From Dipteris shenzhenensis (Eukaryota): a stretch of DNA of 64,000 bases. How positions within the stretch are numbered: position 1 is the first letter of the stretch; every line of letters starts with the position of its first letter. The notes under the pieces are model-generated. The model saw only the letters and a program-made list of their open reading frames with translations. It did not search any database and was not told the DNA's origin. Below are positions 14,501 to 28,880 of this stretch, one piece after another. Position numbers and translations under genes: made by a program. The stretch is taken from NCBI GenBank assembly GCA_047967505.1, contig CM106538.1. One strand, given 5' to 3'.

Positions 14501-16364
14501 TTTGCATATTTGCTCAAATCTCTCCTTGTGGGAGACTGGGTCTCCTTCCCCAAGAAATTTAGTTATCAATTTGGAGATGGTTATGGGTCAACTCCTAGAG
14601 GGATTGGTGATCCCTGCTAGGAATACAAGTGCGGTCGAGGGTGGGGTGGCCCCCCTTCCTAATGTACCCACTAGGATGCACATTGCCTCATCTGATAGCA
14701 CTATTTGGGAAGCTTGTGGAGGCAGCACTTTTGTGGACCTAATGGGTTGTAGAGGTAGCCTCAAGCCTTGCCCTAGTCGAGGGATCCATTGGGTCGCTAG
14801 TACCGATGTTGGGGCTATGAAGCTTGCTCCCCCATACACCAAGGATGCAGTTGTGGGAGTAAACTATTGGCCTCGAAGAGGAAGTGGGTGACCAAGCATA
14901 TGCATGGATGTTCCTTGCATTGGTCTATAAGGTGGAGCTTACAAGAGGAGGCAAATGTTGGGGGCCTTAGAAGTCTTGTGCATTTCCTCAGCCAGGGTTT
15001 TGCCCTGCAAAGTCCCTCATCCATGGTTCTTCATCCTCCATGCGCTAAGAGACAGGGTGCCATGTGAAGACTGTGGGTCTTGATTCCGCAAAGGTGGCCT
15101 TAGTCCCTATCTGTGGCTCAAGCACTAGTTGTCATCACTGGCCTCCCCTTTCTGTGGACATACTGGCAAAGCGGTTCTCCATTTCTGCGGAAACCATTCG
15201 GCCCAACCATCCAAACATGTTGGGCATTGTCCCTCTTAACCTGGAGACTAGGGAAGGAGTAGGAGAATGAGGTGGAGCTAGGTTGGTATAGGTGGCTTCA
15301 AAAGCCCTCGAGCGGGGTCCTGCATTTCCTTGTTCAAGCTCTTGGTCTCATTGAAGCTAGAGAGATCCCCACGTGGAGGCCCTAACATGGAGCGAGAGTT
15401 GGGAATTGAGCTCCTTGTTGGAGCTGACCCCAAACTTGAACAAAAGGTGGGCTGTGCATAGTTCGAAATACTGTCCTCACACTCAGGTTCCTTGGACAAA
15501 ATTCTTCTAGACCTCAACTGTGTGTATGAGGTCTCTGCAGGCCTCGAATTCAATTCTCTATTTTTTATAGAGAATCTATTCCTAGAGCTATCCCAACAGT
15601 CAGAGGGTTAGTTGGTAAGCTGACAAGACATAGGGATAGACTTAAGGCAATAGTCGAAGGGTTAGCAATAAAGCAATGATCAATGGGATGGTTGCCTCAG
15701 AGGGATACCAGGATGGCAACAGTCGTACGGTTAACAATATGGTGACAACGGACCATGGGGATAGACTTAAGGCCATAGGACAATGCCTGTTAGACTAGTG
15801 GGATAACAAACCCTGACACATCATAAATAAGGTAGCAGATTAGGTGTCTGATAGGTGTCAAGTCATGGGGATAGCGAGCTAAAGTGATGGGTCGTGGGGA
15901 TAGAAGGCACTACAAGGGAAACAAGAGAACACCCAAAGACACTCTTGGAAGGGAAGAGGGAGCTTGTATTCCAAACTTGTGCATACAACAATGAAGACCA
16001 AAGTCAACCATTTGGCCTTTTATACAAGTCACCTTTTGAAGGAAGGACCAACCCATTTGGCTCTTGTGTTATCCTTGCCAATTTGGACGATCCTGGCAAC
16101 TACCTTGGTCCTAAGCCATTTGAGGATCAAAACCCACAGGACCAAATCAACCCAAAGTCAACCATTTGGCCTTTTATACAAGTTCCTTTGAAGGAAGGGC
16201 CAACCCATTTGGCTCTTGTGTTATCCTTGCCAATTTGGATGATCTCGCTGACTACCTTGGTCCTAATCCATTTAAGGATCAAAACCCATAGGACCAACCT
16301 TGAGCCATTTATGACTCAAAACCCATAGGTCTAGATCCGTCAACGTGCTCCATGGCTAATAACA
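8522..16364 (-). mobile_element. Degenerate non-chromoviral Ty3/gypsy LTR retrotransposon with internal deletion and an extra 3' protease
   Basis: TSD TTCCT (8517-8521 and 16365-16369); 3' LTR 8522-9211 with PPT at ~9214-9224; 5' LTR ~15890-16364; gag remnants ~14000-14600; RT end, RNase H and integrase 10700-12590. The canonical protease and most of RT are deleted at the ~12588 junction. Confidence 0.9.
10145..10620 (-). pseudogene. Second retropepsin-like aspartic protease downstream of integrase
   Basis: ALVDPGASHNFIS, then (across frameshifts) FINGQLLSTLGYVDL and FYVLP...MILGRTW...IDWR. Confidence 0.8.
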
Positions 16365-16769
16365 TTCCTTAATTGCCTTGCTTTATGTTTTATTAGTAGG
16401 TTGCTTTGCTATAATTTTGATTTCTTGGGTTTCTTCAACCATTGGTTTATCTTCCTTTTTTGCAACTCTATCTCATCCATCTTCAGCCCCTTACTTGTGT
16501 TGTCCCCCTTGTCCTTTGGTTTCTTCAATGTAAGCCCTTTGATCTTTATGCCCTTCCACTTTGGTGCTATTTGATTCCATATGGCACCACCCATATGTGA
16601 TGCTACAGTTTTCTTCATCACTCCCAAGTGGGGCACTATGTGTAATACAAGCATTCTATCTTTGAGGACTCATTTCTTGATGTGGCAGTCATGCCAGACC
16701 CTAAAGTCTAGCCCTACCTCAAAGCAGTTGGGCTTATGCACTTAGTTAACCACTTGCCCTGCTATCTTG

Positions 16770-19700
16770 TGAGAGTGCTCTCAACAGAAGTGGAACGGAA
16801 GAGGGAGAGAGAGAAACATAGAGCCACACAAGATTTTGGTGGGTGTAGAACACCCTAATCTTCTTTTTCATTCATTTATATATGTGTTTAAGTATTGTAC
16901 ATAACCGGGGTAAAGGCACACTGACCTTTAACCCCCACAACCTCCCACTAAAAGGACAATGTGCCTTTAAGGAAGAACAACCAGTGAGCATACTATCCAA
17001 TGCCCATCAATACTCAAACCGCTGACTAGGTAGACTCTTCGTCAGCATATATGTAGGGTTATCCTCTGTATGAACCTTGACAAGCTCTATGTGCTTGTCC
17101 TCAAGTACCTCCCTGATGAAATGGTACCTGACCTCAATATGTTTGCTCTTTGCATGAAAGATCGGATTTTGTTTGTGCTAGCTGAATAGCACTCATGGAA
17201 TCACTATCAATGTCGGTACACCTGTATGAATCCCCAAATCTCCCACTAGTCGATCAAGCCATATAGCCTCCTTGCAACCCTCTATTGCTGCAACATACTC
17301 AGCCTCTGTGGTAGACAAAGCAACACACTTCTGTGCATGAGACATCCACGACACTGCACCACCTGCAAAGTTGAACACATAACCAAAAAAGGATCTCCTA
17401 CTATCCACATGCCTTGCATAGTCTGAATCTATATACCCAAGTACACGCATGTCTCCTCTACCAAAGCAAATGCACATCTCCTTGGTACCCTTCATGTACC
17501 TCATGATGCACTTAACTGCCTCCCAATGCCTCTTTCTTGGATTAGCCATATACCAGCTAACAAGTCCCACTCCAAATGCAATGTCTGGTCTAGTAGCTAT
17601 CATACCATACATAAGACTCCCAACCACTGATGCATAAGGAACCTTGGCCATCATGGCCCTCTCCTCATCTGATTTCGGACTATCTGTATGACTCAGTTTC
17701 ACATATGGAGGCAATGGAGTACTTACTGCCTTCCCTCCCTCCATATTGAAACGCCGCAATACTTTTGTAACATACTCCTTCTGTGAAAGTCAAAGGAGTT
17801 TCCCACTCTGATCACGCATGATGCGCATACCAAGAATATGACTTGCAAGTCCCAAATCCTTCATATCAAAGGCCTCATGCAACTTGGACTTTAATGCATC
17901 TAGCTCATAAGTATCCTTGCTAGCCAATAGCATATCATCCACATATAGTGCCAGGAGTATCAGGCTATTATCCTTAGCCCTTTTAGTGTAGAGGCAGTGA
18001 TCAATTTCACTCCTTCTAAAACCCTAGGACCGAATGAAAGCATCAAACTTCTGATACCATTCTCTAGGTGCTTGCTTAAGACCATAGAGACTCTTCTTTA
18101 GCTTGCAAAACTAAATGCTCTTTGCCCTTTTCTTCAAAGCCTTCCGGCTGCACCATGTAAATTTCCTCATGCAGATCCCCATGCAAGAAAGCTGTCTTGA
18201 CATCCATCTGCATAAGCTCCATATCCTCTGTTGCCACTAGGCCAAGCATGCATCTAAGTGTGGTCATCTTCACAATAAGAGAGAAAATCTCATCAAAGTC
18301 CACACCCTTCTCTTGCTTGAACCCTTTAGTGACCAAACGGGCCTTGTACCTAGGCACATCATCACTTGTGACCTTCATCTTGTAGACCCATTTACATGGC
18401 AATGCTTTCATTCCATGTGACAAAGAAACCAAGTCCCAAGTCTTATTCTTCATAAGTGAACTCATCTCTGATTGCATAGCATACTCCCACTTGCGTTGAT
18501 CCTCGCGCATCATAGCCTCTCTGTAGCAAGAAGGCTCCCCGCAATCAGTAAGCATCACATAGTCTACCCCTAGAACAAACCTATCAGGTGATCTAGACAC
18601 TCTAGATGATCTTCTCAAAGGCATTTCATCTTGCTGTCCGACCTACATATCAACCACATTTCGCTCATCATTTCCACCAATAGATGATCCATCATCTACC
18701 GTTGATTGTATACCTATGGGAGTGCTTGGTGGTACCATTTCTTGCACATTTGGTGCATGGATAGCTTGCTGTCTATCAACATATGCAGGTGGATTCACAT
18801 CCTGGAAAGTGATTCTCCTCATTTCCACATCCCTCATGGGTGCCTTATGCATCTTCTTCTCATTGAAGGCTACATCATGGCTGTGTATGATCTTCTTTGC
18901 TTCAAGATCCCAGAGACGATAGCCCATCTCTCCACTTTCACCATAACCCAGAAAGATGCATTTCCTAGACTTATGATCTAGCTTCTTTTGAAGCTCTCTT
19001 TGCACATGTGCATATGCCTCACACCCAAATATACACAAATGAGAGTAAGAGGGCTTCTTACCACTCCATGCCTCTTCAGGAATACCACCATCCAAACTTT
19101 TACTAGGTGATCTATTGATCACGTGCACTGCAGTCTTCATTGCCTCAGCCCAAAAACCACCAGAAAGACTTGCGTTGGAAAGCATACATTGCAACCTTTC
19201 TTGAATGGTATGGTTCATCTTTTCTGCAATTGGATTTTGCTCTAGAGTATGAGGGGATGTGAGCTTCCTCTTAATCCCACATGTATCACAGAAATGCTAA
19301 AAGTCATGAGAGAGAAACTCTCCACCATTGTCAGTTTGTAGGAATTTAAGTGTTCTACGTGACTGATTCTCAACCAAGGCCAACCATTTCTAAAATACCT
19401 AGAACACATCACTCTTTCAAGCTATAGCATAAGCCCACACTTTCCTAGTTGCATCATCAATGAATGTCACATACTATTTAGCCCTGTCTAATGACCGTGT
19501 AGGCATGGGACCACATACGTCTGAATGCACCAAATCAAGCTTTTCAAACTCTTTCTTTCCCCTTCTTTTATGGGCTGATTTAGTTTGCTTCCCATAGAGA
19601 TAGTGCTCATAAATTTCAAAATCAGAGAAACTTAAATGCGGTACATACCCCAAATGGCATAAGAGTTTCATCCCATTTTGGCTCATATGGCCCAACTAGC

Positions 19701-20070
19701 AATGCCATAAAGAAGTGCTTGGCTACTAGGTTATTGCAACAACATGATCAAACACCCCTGATACATGTAAGGGATACAAAGTCCCGCACTTGGCACACTT
19801 GGCACCCCTGGCCAAAAGCATAGAGCCCTTCTGAATTTTCCAACTCCCAGAACCAAAGATGGTCTGAAAACCAGGATCATCTAGCTGACTCATTGAAATG
19901 AGACTCTTGGTCAGCTTAGGCACATGTCTCACATTTTTCAAAATAAATGCAGACCCATTTGCAAAAGAAAACTTTATTTCACCTACTCCCACTATGTCAC
20001 ATGCATAGTCATTTCCAAGATGCACACAACCTGTCTTTCCACTGTCATAAGTGGAGAACCATTGCTATGG
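16770..20070 (-). mobile_element. 5'-truncated Ty1/copia element (protease, integrase, RT, RNase H, PPT, 3' LTR)
   Basis: LVHSDVCGPM, GGFWAEA, QMDVKTAFLHG, YIDSDYA and ALSTTEAEY motifs in copia order; PPT AGTGGGAGG at ~16941-16949; LTR 16770-16939. Confidence 0.95.
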
Positions 20071-20575
20071 ACTTGTCTTTGATTGTGCATTCACCTTAAT
20101 AGAAGATGACTTGCTAGTTGTGTTTTGTCATCTGACAAGAGGTTCTTGTTGAGCTTTGGAATATAGAGTGCACCTTTCACAAATCCTTTCATACAAGTGA
20201 AATTGTTCATAGGGACAATGCCTTTTCCTTGAATTGGATTTGGTGTGTTATCTATAGTGTAGATAACGTTCTTTGGTCCTTCTACATGATTCCAAGTACA
20301 TAAGCATGACTAGTTTCATTGTTGTTGCAGAAACTCTGGTTGATTTGGCTTTTCAGTATGAGAATCTTGGATGTATTCTTAGACTCATAAAGAGCTGCGA
20401 ACATTTCCCATGCTTCTTTGGATGTCTTCATTATGTTGATCTGTCAAAGCATGATATCTTGCACATTTTGCTTAATAAAATGATATGCATATTTGTCTTT
20501 CTACTACTTGTGCTCAGGCAATGGTAATAGGTGTGAGCTTTATTGGTGCATGTGTAGACCCTTTTTGGATATTTT

Positions 20576-20860
20576 AAACACTTATACATGTGATCCATGG
20601 TCAAAACCTAGGAAATATGCATTCCAAACCATGAAAATGATGTCTTATCCACATAAATTTTTTTAAGAACATAGATATTATTCAAGTTAAGTGCTCTACA
20701 AAGTAGCATACCTTTGGACACATACACATATTCTAGAAGCCCATCAATGCATACATTTTAACACTTATGCATGATGCATGGTCAAAAAACTAGGAAATAT
20801 GCACAACCATGAAAGTGACATCCAAACCAAATCAATAATTTGAGCACATGGCTATTACTA
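20576..20860. repeat. Two diverged ~180-bp units related to the array at 29385-30472
   Basis: ACACTTAT...CATGGTCAAAA...TAGGAAATATGCA...CCATGAAA recurs at ~181-bp spacing. Confidence 0.6.
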
Positions 20861-21599
20861 AAACTAGCACCACGGATGTCAACAATTCAATGAGATGCCA
20901 GCACCAACAAGGAACACCACGAGCAATAGACAAGAGATGATCCAGCACCACTTCAGAGACACAAACCATAGCCAGAGCAGATCATGAGACAACCAGAACT
21001 GATGGTGCTAGTGATGGATGTATTTAGCAAGTTGACAAAATCTTACAATTCTGATGGAATCTTCTTGGCATCCCAACCTCCACAACTGACTGCCACATGT
21101 CACATAGGATTAACAAGTGGTAGGTCATCCACAAGATAGCCACATCAGTACTTTGCACTTTAGATACATGGCATACCCTATCTTCCATGCCACCTTATCA
21201 CTCCACATCAACATCTTAGCTGTCCACATTATCATGCAATGCCACAGTTGCACACTTGAGCTAATTAGCCACCTCAGCAAGCCACAACACTGGCACATCA
21301 TCAAGCCTCGTCACCAAGCCACATCATCATTGCCATGTCAGTAGACCTTATCCAGTGCCGCATCAGTAGACCTTATCCAATGCCATGTCATCAAATCCAC
21401 CTCAGCTCTACCACATCACCAAGCCACCATTAGCATGCCACATCATCATGCCACCTTAGCCTTGCCATGTGGCATAGCCCCTGTTAGTAGGTACAATAAC
21501 CCTTTAGAAGCACACATTGTATATTTCATGTGCACCTAGCAACCACCACACACACAATGCTCCATAGACATACCTCTTACTAGCCACAGTTTTCATGTG

Positions 21600-23880
21600 A
21601 ATACAATTGCCACATCATTTCTCCTATTTTTCCACTCCACCTGGATCAAGTTGTATCTCTTGGTCTAGAAGAATTTGAGAGTGCACTCATAACATCATGC
21701 ACACATTTTGGCACTTGTGTCACATACTTTTTAGCCTCGGCATCAAATCCACTTCTTGTGTACATCCAACCTCTACATCGTACACTGGGTACTCAGCTTC
21801 ATAATCAAAATGTGAATCCACTTACTCAGCTTAAAGTTGTTGTATTGGAATTGTTGGACGAGTTGGATCTGGTGCTCTTGGATATTGTTGTGGATTTGGA
21901 TTTTGAGTAATTGCGAGACTTGGGTTCGGACTAGAATAGGACTCATCCTCGAAGTTGGTGGTGCTTGTGCAAGTGCTGGTTGCTTGTACACTAGGATGGG
22001 TATCGGTTGATATTATTGAGGTCGGGGCAGATTGTTGTGCATGTTGAAGATGCAACTATTTTCATCATGCCCATTGACTACAAAGATGTGGCACCACAAC
22101 CTTAGTTGTGTGTTGGCTTGTGCATGAATCCTGGCTCTTAGAGAGGGACATTCATTTGCTGTATGATTGGTCATGCAATGCGGGCACCATACATTTTCTC
22201 ACCTTGGATAAGTCAGAGGTGGTGGTAGTTGAGACATGTGAAGCTTTTGTTCCATAGCATTCATCATTTCTTCTCTTAGTTTCATGGTCATATCTTCATT
22301 ATATGTTTCTTCAGTTAACTTGGCTTTGCCCTTTTTAGAGTGCTTATCTCGCACACTTGCTCTTCCATCATCAGTGCTGGTGTCAGAATCTATCATTCCA
22401 TCCTCTATGTCAATTGCTGCTGCATGAGTAGCACTAAATGTTTCATAGCTGCTTATCTTTTTCATGTCCTTGCAGATCTTCTTCCTAAGGCGTGGAATGA
22501 ACTAGGCTATCAGGTACTTATCATTAGGACATGGTCGCACTTTGCAATTAGATGCTCTATAACCTAGGTACATGCGTGCATCCTCCCTCCGATCTTGTTT
22601 GAGCTTGCTCAGTAGAAGAGTAGGATCATCTTGAAGTCTTTCCATTTGGAACCACCTTTTGAATTTGATTTGCAACAGGTCCCATGTGGCTCGTTCTTCC
22701 ACTAGCAGGTCAAGGTACCATTCAGAGGCCATGGCGGACCATGTGACCTTGGTGCTGGAGGAATCCTACTGGATCACCCCGTCCATTGCATTTTGGAAGT
22801 TCTAGTTTGCCTTGATTGTTATTGTGTCAGTCATAGCTATTGTGATGGTGAAAGAAATCATCCCCATCCGCTTCTAGGTCAAGGTCACCATGATCGCGAC
22901 AATGATCGGCCATGTTGTGACTGGGAGGAGTCAAATGGATTGGATGAATTTCAAGGGGGGAATTTGGTGTAGAGGGTGGTCAAGTAGAGACATTAGCCGG
23001 AGCATAGTTGCATGCAGAATTGTGGAGAGGTTGATTAGGTACCTTCTCCTCAAGTCCAGATGGTGATGTATGTGTGGTAGGGGGATTAGAGAGGCGTTAG
23101 TGTATTAGGGACCATCATGTTGTAATTGTGCCTAGGATTGTCTCCCTTGAGTGCGGGAATGTGCTAGTGTAGGCGGTTCATCAATTGGAGGTCACGAGTG
23201 AAAGTTATGAGCGAATTAGTGTGAAAATTAGCCCACATGGGGGTACGAATTAACGAGTGTGAGGGATTCCAAAATGTTATGTATTGGGAACTAAACTAAG
23301 TCTAGTGATATGACTAAGTAGTTAGTCAAATTGTTCGGTTAAAATAACTATCCAATTAGCCTAGTTGACTAGTGAGTTCAACTAACTAATGGTCAATTAA
23401 CTCAACCTAGCATTGGTTAATGTAACCTAATTGTGGTTAAACTAACCTCACTCTAGTTAGTGTAATCGAACTACGGTTAACGAACAACAGTTAAACTAAC
23501 CTAATGACCCTAAAACCTAACCTAACGAAGCAAACCTAGGTTGGTGGGTTGGGTTGGTTTTAGGGTTAGTTTTTTTTAAAAATCTAAATAGGGGTGGGCA
23601 ACGACCACCACCAGCCGGGTGGGAGAGGCAGAGGGTGGAGGGGGATGGGACGTGAGGGGGGAAGGGATGTGTGGAGGGGGGTGAGGGGATGTTGTGGGGA
23701 GTGGAGGGGGAAGGAGGGCGGAATGTGAGGGCGCGAGGAGGACACGGTGGAGGGGCATGGCACAGTGAAGGGCGGTTGGAGGTGGCATCTACTGGTGCCT
23801 CGAGGATGCAAAAGCCTAACAGAGTACAACGACCATGATGCTTCAACCCCCAAGCATCTGCGTTCAAGCAATGCCTTGTC
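21600..23880 (-). mobile_element. Degenerate LTR-retrotransposon gag and 5' UTR fragment
   Basis: ASEWYLDL...TWDLLQIKFKRWF gag-like motif; CxxC..H....C knuckle near 22150-22190; AACCTAA-rich leader like that at 59000-59200. Confidence 0.65.
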
Positions 23881-23885
23881 CAAGT

Positions 23886-24346
23886 TGTTATATGTGGATC
23901 CTCATCCTTTTTTAGAGATTGTTTTTTTGCCGTGCTTTGGACCTAGGCATGCTTGTACCCATTCTATGAAGGGGGGGTAGGGGGGGGGCAACGCCCCCCC
24001 TAGGATGTCGCCAAGGGGTTCCAAGGGGGGATGGCGGGGGTTCAAGGGCAGCGCCCTTGAAGCAAAAATAAATGAAAATTGGTGCATGAGTTGCTTATCA
24101 GTTGTGTGGTCAAAATTGTAAGATAAGGGAGTGGCTCAAATAGCAAAAACGCAATGGATATACTACTCGTATCTTGAATCTTCTTGCTTGCTGGATAAGA
24201 AAGACACAGGATGGCTATTTCTCCTTGGACGTAGCCCACAATAGGTGAACCACATATATCGGTGTCTCTTTGTCAGTTCCATTCTACACGCTTTTTGTAT
24301 TGTGTATTTTATGCATTCTACTTCCGTTATCATGTTGCTCCCAACA
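23886..24346 (+). mobile_element. Solo LTR
   Basis: TGTT...AACA termini with flanks CAAGT and CAAGC (4 of 5 TSD match). Confidence 0.75.
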
Positions 24347-25401
24347 CAAGCTAGCCTAGAACTGTGATAGTAGTCTGGTGCAGAGGGTAGCGACTTGAGG
24401 TCACCCCCACTAATACCGAGCAGTGGTCTAGCAACCGCTCAGACTCTTAATAGAAATAAGAAAGTTTTGACACAAATGAGAGGAACCTTATCTCTAGCTT
24501 GCTAGGTTAGGAGTTGCTAGCAGTGCAGTTCAAGCCAGGGTGGCTTCATTGTAAATATATATATTTTTTAATAAAAGTTTTTATTGCTTCAATTGTCTTC
24601 ATTGTTCCGTTTACTTTGTATACTTAATCCCCCCTCATTGTATGGTTTCCCCTTACAATAGCAACCCCGACGGTTTCCCCTTACAATAGCAACCCCGACC
24701 TCAATTTTATTAATATTACACCCGAGCACATGTACACATTGCAAGAAGGCATCTTCAACTAGAGCACTGCACCGGCTGGGTGAGTGTGCAACACCGAGCA
24801 CCCATAAGTTAACAACACTAAAATTCAAGAAGAGTGAGTAAATTAGGCTGACAACATTTCATTATAATTTGTCAAGGGAAAAGAAAACCTTTTATTCACA
24901 CATGCTCGAACTGAAGTTTGAGCATTCACCAAGCTGGTTCACAAAGATGTCTCTATAGATATACACATTTAGTATAGTATTTACCAAACCAGACCCTCAA
25001 TATTTTGTGACCTTAAATGTATTAGATTGACAAGGGGATTGCAAACCATTTTATCCACACATGCTTGAACTTAAGTTTGAGCATTCTCCAGGCTAATTCA
25101 CAAAGGTGTCAATATAGATGCTTAACTACAACTATTTTAGTATAGTAGCCCTAATATCATGAGTTTAATTAATATTCCTCACCAAAAAAGTTATCAATAA
25201 TAGCCTTACTATAGCCCCGAAAGGTCACAAGGGTTCAACTACCAAAATTGTCAACCCTGGATTGCAGAATCCATGACTCAAGGGTGGCCATCACTCTGTT
25301 GTAACCAATCACCTACACAAGCTCTTCCACATGCAAGAGATATTCTTGATTTGATACATACAAAGGTATGCTATGGGTTATGTACAGACCCACAGCATTG
25401 A

Positions 25402-25623
25402 GCTCCTTTCACCGCACCAGCGAGTATGCCTGGAGTTGGCTTGGGTTTATATGGCAGCCAACACCCCTGGGAGAGAGGTCAGTCCTCTTCTCAGCCCTTT
25501 GGTATGCCATCATTTCGGAGAGATGCATTGGCAGAGAGACCCAGCTCGAGGTTCATGCACCTCTCGCTTCGCCAGCGAGCACATATAGCTAGACGCAGCT
25601 AGCGCATCAGATGGCAGTGGCTT
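25402..25623 (+). mobile_element. Fragment of the gag-region sequence of the family at 53172-60271
   Basis: Close reverse-complement match to ~57867-58089. Confidence 0.85.
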
Positions 25624-28600
25624 TCAATGGTTCACTTTCCTACTTTACCTTAATCAACGACTATAACAAATATTGTTGGGTCTTTTTTTGGAAGGAGAAA
25701 TCTAAAGTCTTTTCTAGATTTCAAGAATCAAAAGCCATGGTAGAGAACCAGACAGGCATAAGACCAAAGTCATGAGATCAGATAGAGGAGGTGAATACAT
25801 GTCTTTAGCATTCATGAACTTTTGTACAAGTAAATGGCATTTGAAGACATTTCACATGTGTAGATACTCCTCAGTGTAGGATGTAGTAGCTGAAAGGAAG
25901 AATGGGACTTTAGAAGTCAGTGCTAGAGCAATGTGCTCAATGAGAAGCATCTTCCAAATCAAGATTGGGCAGAAGCAATTGCCAACTACAAACTACTTAC
26001 TTAATTGGCTTTCAACCAAACCAATTCAAGGTATGACACCTTATGAGAAATTCACTAGTTACAAGCCATGCATTGGACATCTCCGCATATTTGGGTCCAT
26101 AGCATATGCCCACATATATGATGATCACTGCAAAAAGTTGGTTGTTAAGTCACGTCAATGCATCATGGTTGGCTACATTGAAGAGAGCAAAGCATACAAG
26201 TTGTATATCACATCAATTAAAAGGTCAGAATCTCTAGAGATGTACTCTTTGATGAAGAATCAGAATGGTAAACATAAAATACACAGGCTTGATTAGTGAG
26301 TCACCTATAAAGAAGGTTGATGAACAAGGGTAAGAATTGCCAAAGGATCCACCTGCAAAGCTGCAGCTCAGATAGTCTATGAGACGCTTTGAACCTTGAA
26401 ATCAAGATTGATTCTATAGAGAGAAGGAGAAAACTGAAATACAATAGAAGGAGACTTTTTATTGAATCAAAACCGTTTACAATCAATCCTCGAGTCACAT
26501 TACTCCATGTACGGAGCTCGAACCGACCGACCACCCCCAAGCTATTCTCTCTCACTCACTCGCATCAGATTTCTCACTCTCTCTGACACCAAGGTGTTGC
26601 AATGAATCTCACTTTCATTCAAGATGATACAATCATAGATGGAAGATGAATCTCACTCTCACTTGTACTCTCACTCTCAATCTCGGAGCTTCTCGAATAT
26701 GCTACCTTGCTGCCTCTGCGTATTCTGAGTTTTCGACTTAATAGATCGTCGAATTTGGTCTCGACCTCTTCTGTAAAGGTGTAGATCTCAATCTCAGCTT
26801 TGTAAAAACAAAAGAGCTCCTTAATTTGATTTTGGATCAAAAGTTATGGTCGAAATAGTGACTAGTATTTTTACCCAAGAAAGGTGGGACCTGCTTTTCC
26901 CTACTTTTAGCTAGCTTTTCCACTTTATCTTGCTTTTCTTGCCCTTCACGACCAATTTGCTCCATTCCTGGACCATTCTAGCAATAACTTTATTCTTTTT
27001 AAATCAATCACTCCTGTCCAAGTTCTCCTTTAGAATCCGCAAAGCTGGAGCCTCCTTTAAACTTGCAAACTCTCGATACAACTACCATGCATACTTTTTT
27101 TTTGTGGATTTGTTAAATCTCAAATTACTTATTAGTATTTTCAAAACTCAAAATTGACATGAAAATAAATTTCACAAATGACTACTACTAATAAAACTAA
27201 AAAGAAATTTATACACAAAATATGGAGCATCGCATAAAAATGTGAAGCGTCACAGTCTACTAGAGAAAGCAGACCACCAACCAGATTGACATATGCTAAA
27301 AAAGCAAAGAAATTCATATTGAAACCACCAATTATTCTCTTATGACTACCATCATGTCTATAGAAGAGCCAGTATACTCCGAAGATGCAGTTGATAAGAT
27401 GGAATGGCAAGCTGGAATGAATGAAGAAATGGATACTTCGTACAAAAACAACACTTGGGATTTATGTGACATTCCACTAGGAAAGAAGGCCATTGCATCC
27501 AAATGGTTTACAAAGTAAAGTACAATCCATATGGAAGCATTGAAAGATACAAAGCCAAACTAGTTGCAAATGTTTTTGCATATCAATACCGTCAAGATTA
27601 TGATGAGACTTATGCTCCAGTAGAAAAGATGAATTCCATAATATTTTTGACATCACTATAGCGACACTCAGCAAATGGAATGTGTACCAGCTAGATTTCA
27701 AAAGACGAGAAAGTATACATGTAGCAACCAATAGGGTACGTTGAACCAAAAAAAGAACTCAAGTTTGCCATCTCAAGAAATGTCTCTATGGCTTAAAGCA
27801 AGCACCCAAAAGTTGGTATAGCAGCATCAACAAGTATTTTGCTAATCTGGAATACATCAAGTTCATTGCAGATCATACTCTCTACTACAAAGTTCAATGG
27901 GAAGACATTACTATTGCATTTTTGTATGTAGATGATCTGATTGTGACAAGAAGCACTAATAGCTTCATTAGCAAGATGAAACAAGACTTATCTATAGAGT
28001 TCAACATAAAAGATCTTGGACTTATGCGCTATTGTCTTGGAACTGAGATTTGGAGAGACTCAAACAGCATCTTCATGAGCCAGCAAAAATCTATGGATAG
28101 TCTCCTAAAGAAGTTTCATATGGCACATTGCAAGATTGTAGCTACTCACATGGAACAGAGTTTGAAACTTACAAAATGTCCAAAAAAGCCTACACTCAAT
28201 GGTAAGTACTACCGTCAGCTCATTTGACCTCTTATATATCTAACTATTATAAGGCCATATATTTATTATTTAGTAAGCTCACTAGCATAAATTATGGCCA
28301 ACCCAAAACAATCTCACTGGAGCATAGCCAAGAGAGCCTTGAGATACATCAGAGCTACAAGAAAATTTGGAATAGAGTACAAAGGAAGTCATGCAAGGTT
28401 GCATGGTTACTATGAGAGTGACTGTGCAGGAGATCATGAGACTAGAAGATCCACACAAGATATGCACTTTTCCTTGGTCAAGGTGCTATATCATGGTTGT
28501 TAAACAAGCATCCAATTGTTTCTTTGTCTTCAATAGAAGAAGAATATAGGACACTCACAATAGGTACATGTGAAACTATATGGCTCGAAAGTGGCAGAAA

Positions 28601-28880
28601 CATATTACTTTGATGAGTCGAATCCAACATTAATATATTGTGATAATCAATTGGCTCAAGCATTAGCCAAGAATCCAATATATCACTCCAAGACAAAGCA
28701 CATTAATGTCAAAGAGCACTTCATCAAAGAAAGAGTGTTACTTAAGGGTATCACATTGCAACAACAAAGAGAATGTTGCAGATATCTTTACCAAACCACT
28801 TGGAAAAGAGCTTTTTGAGAAGCATTGACAAGCTCTTGGTTTGACCCAAAGGAAGAACATTCCCATTAAAGGAGTGTGAT
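25624..28880 (+). mobile_element. Highly degenerate Ty1/copia pol (integrase, RT, RNase H), interrupted by unrelated sequence at ~26300-27140
   Basis: RSDRGGEY, HLRIFGSIAY, YVDDLIV, IYCDNQ and HSKTKHI motifs; purine tract at ~28868. Confidence 0.88.

Noticed and set aside
23290-23570. Telomere-like AACCTAA repeats (also ~59030-59190)
   Set aside because: Irregular low-complexity leader sequence of LTR elements, not TTTAGGG arrays.
24640-25150. Short direct repeats resembling a CRISPR array or regulatory repeats
   Set aside because: Only two-copy local duplications (~29 bp and ~160 bp) with no repeat-spacer pattern; eukaryotic context.
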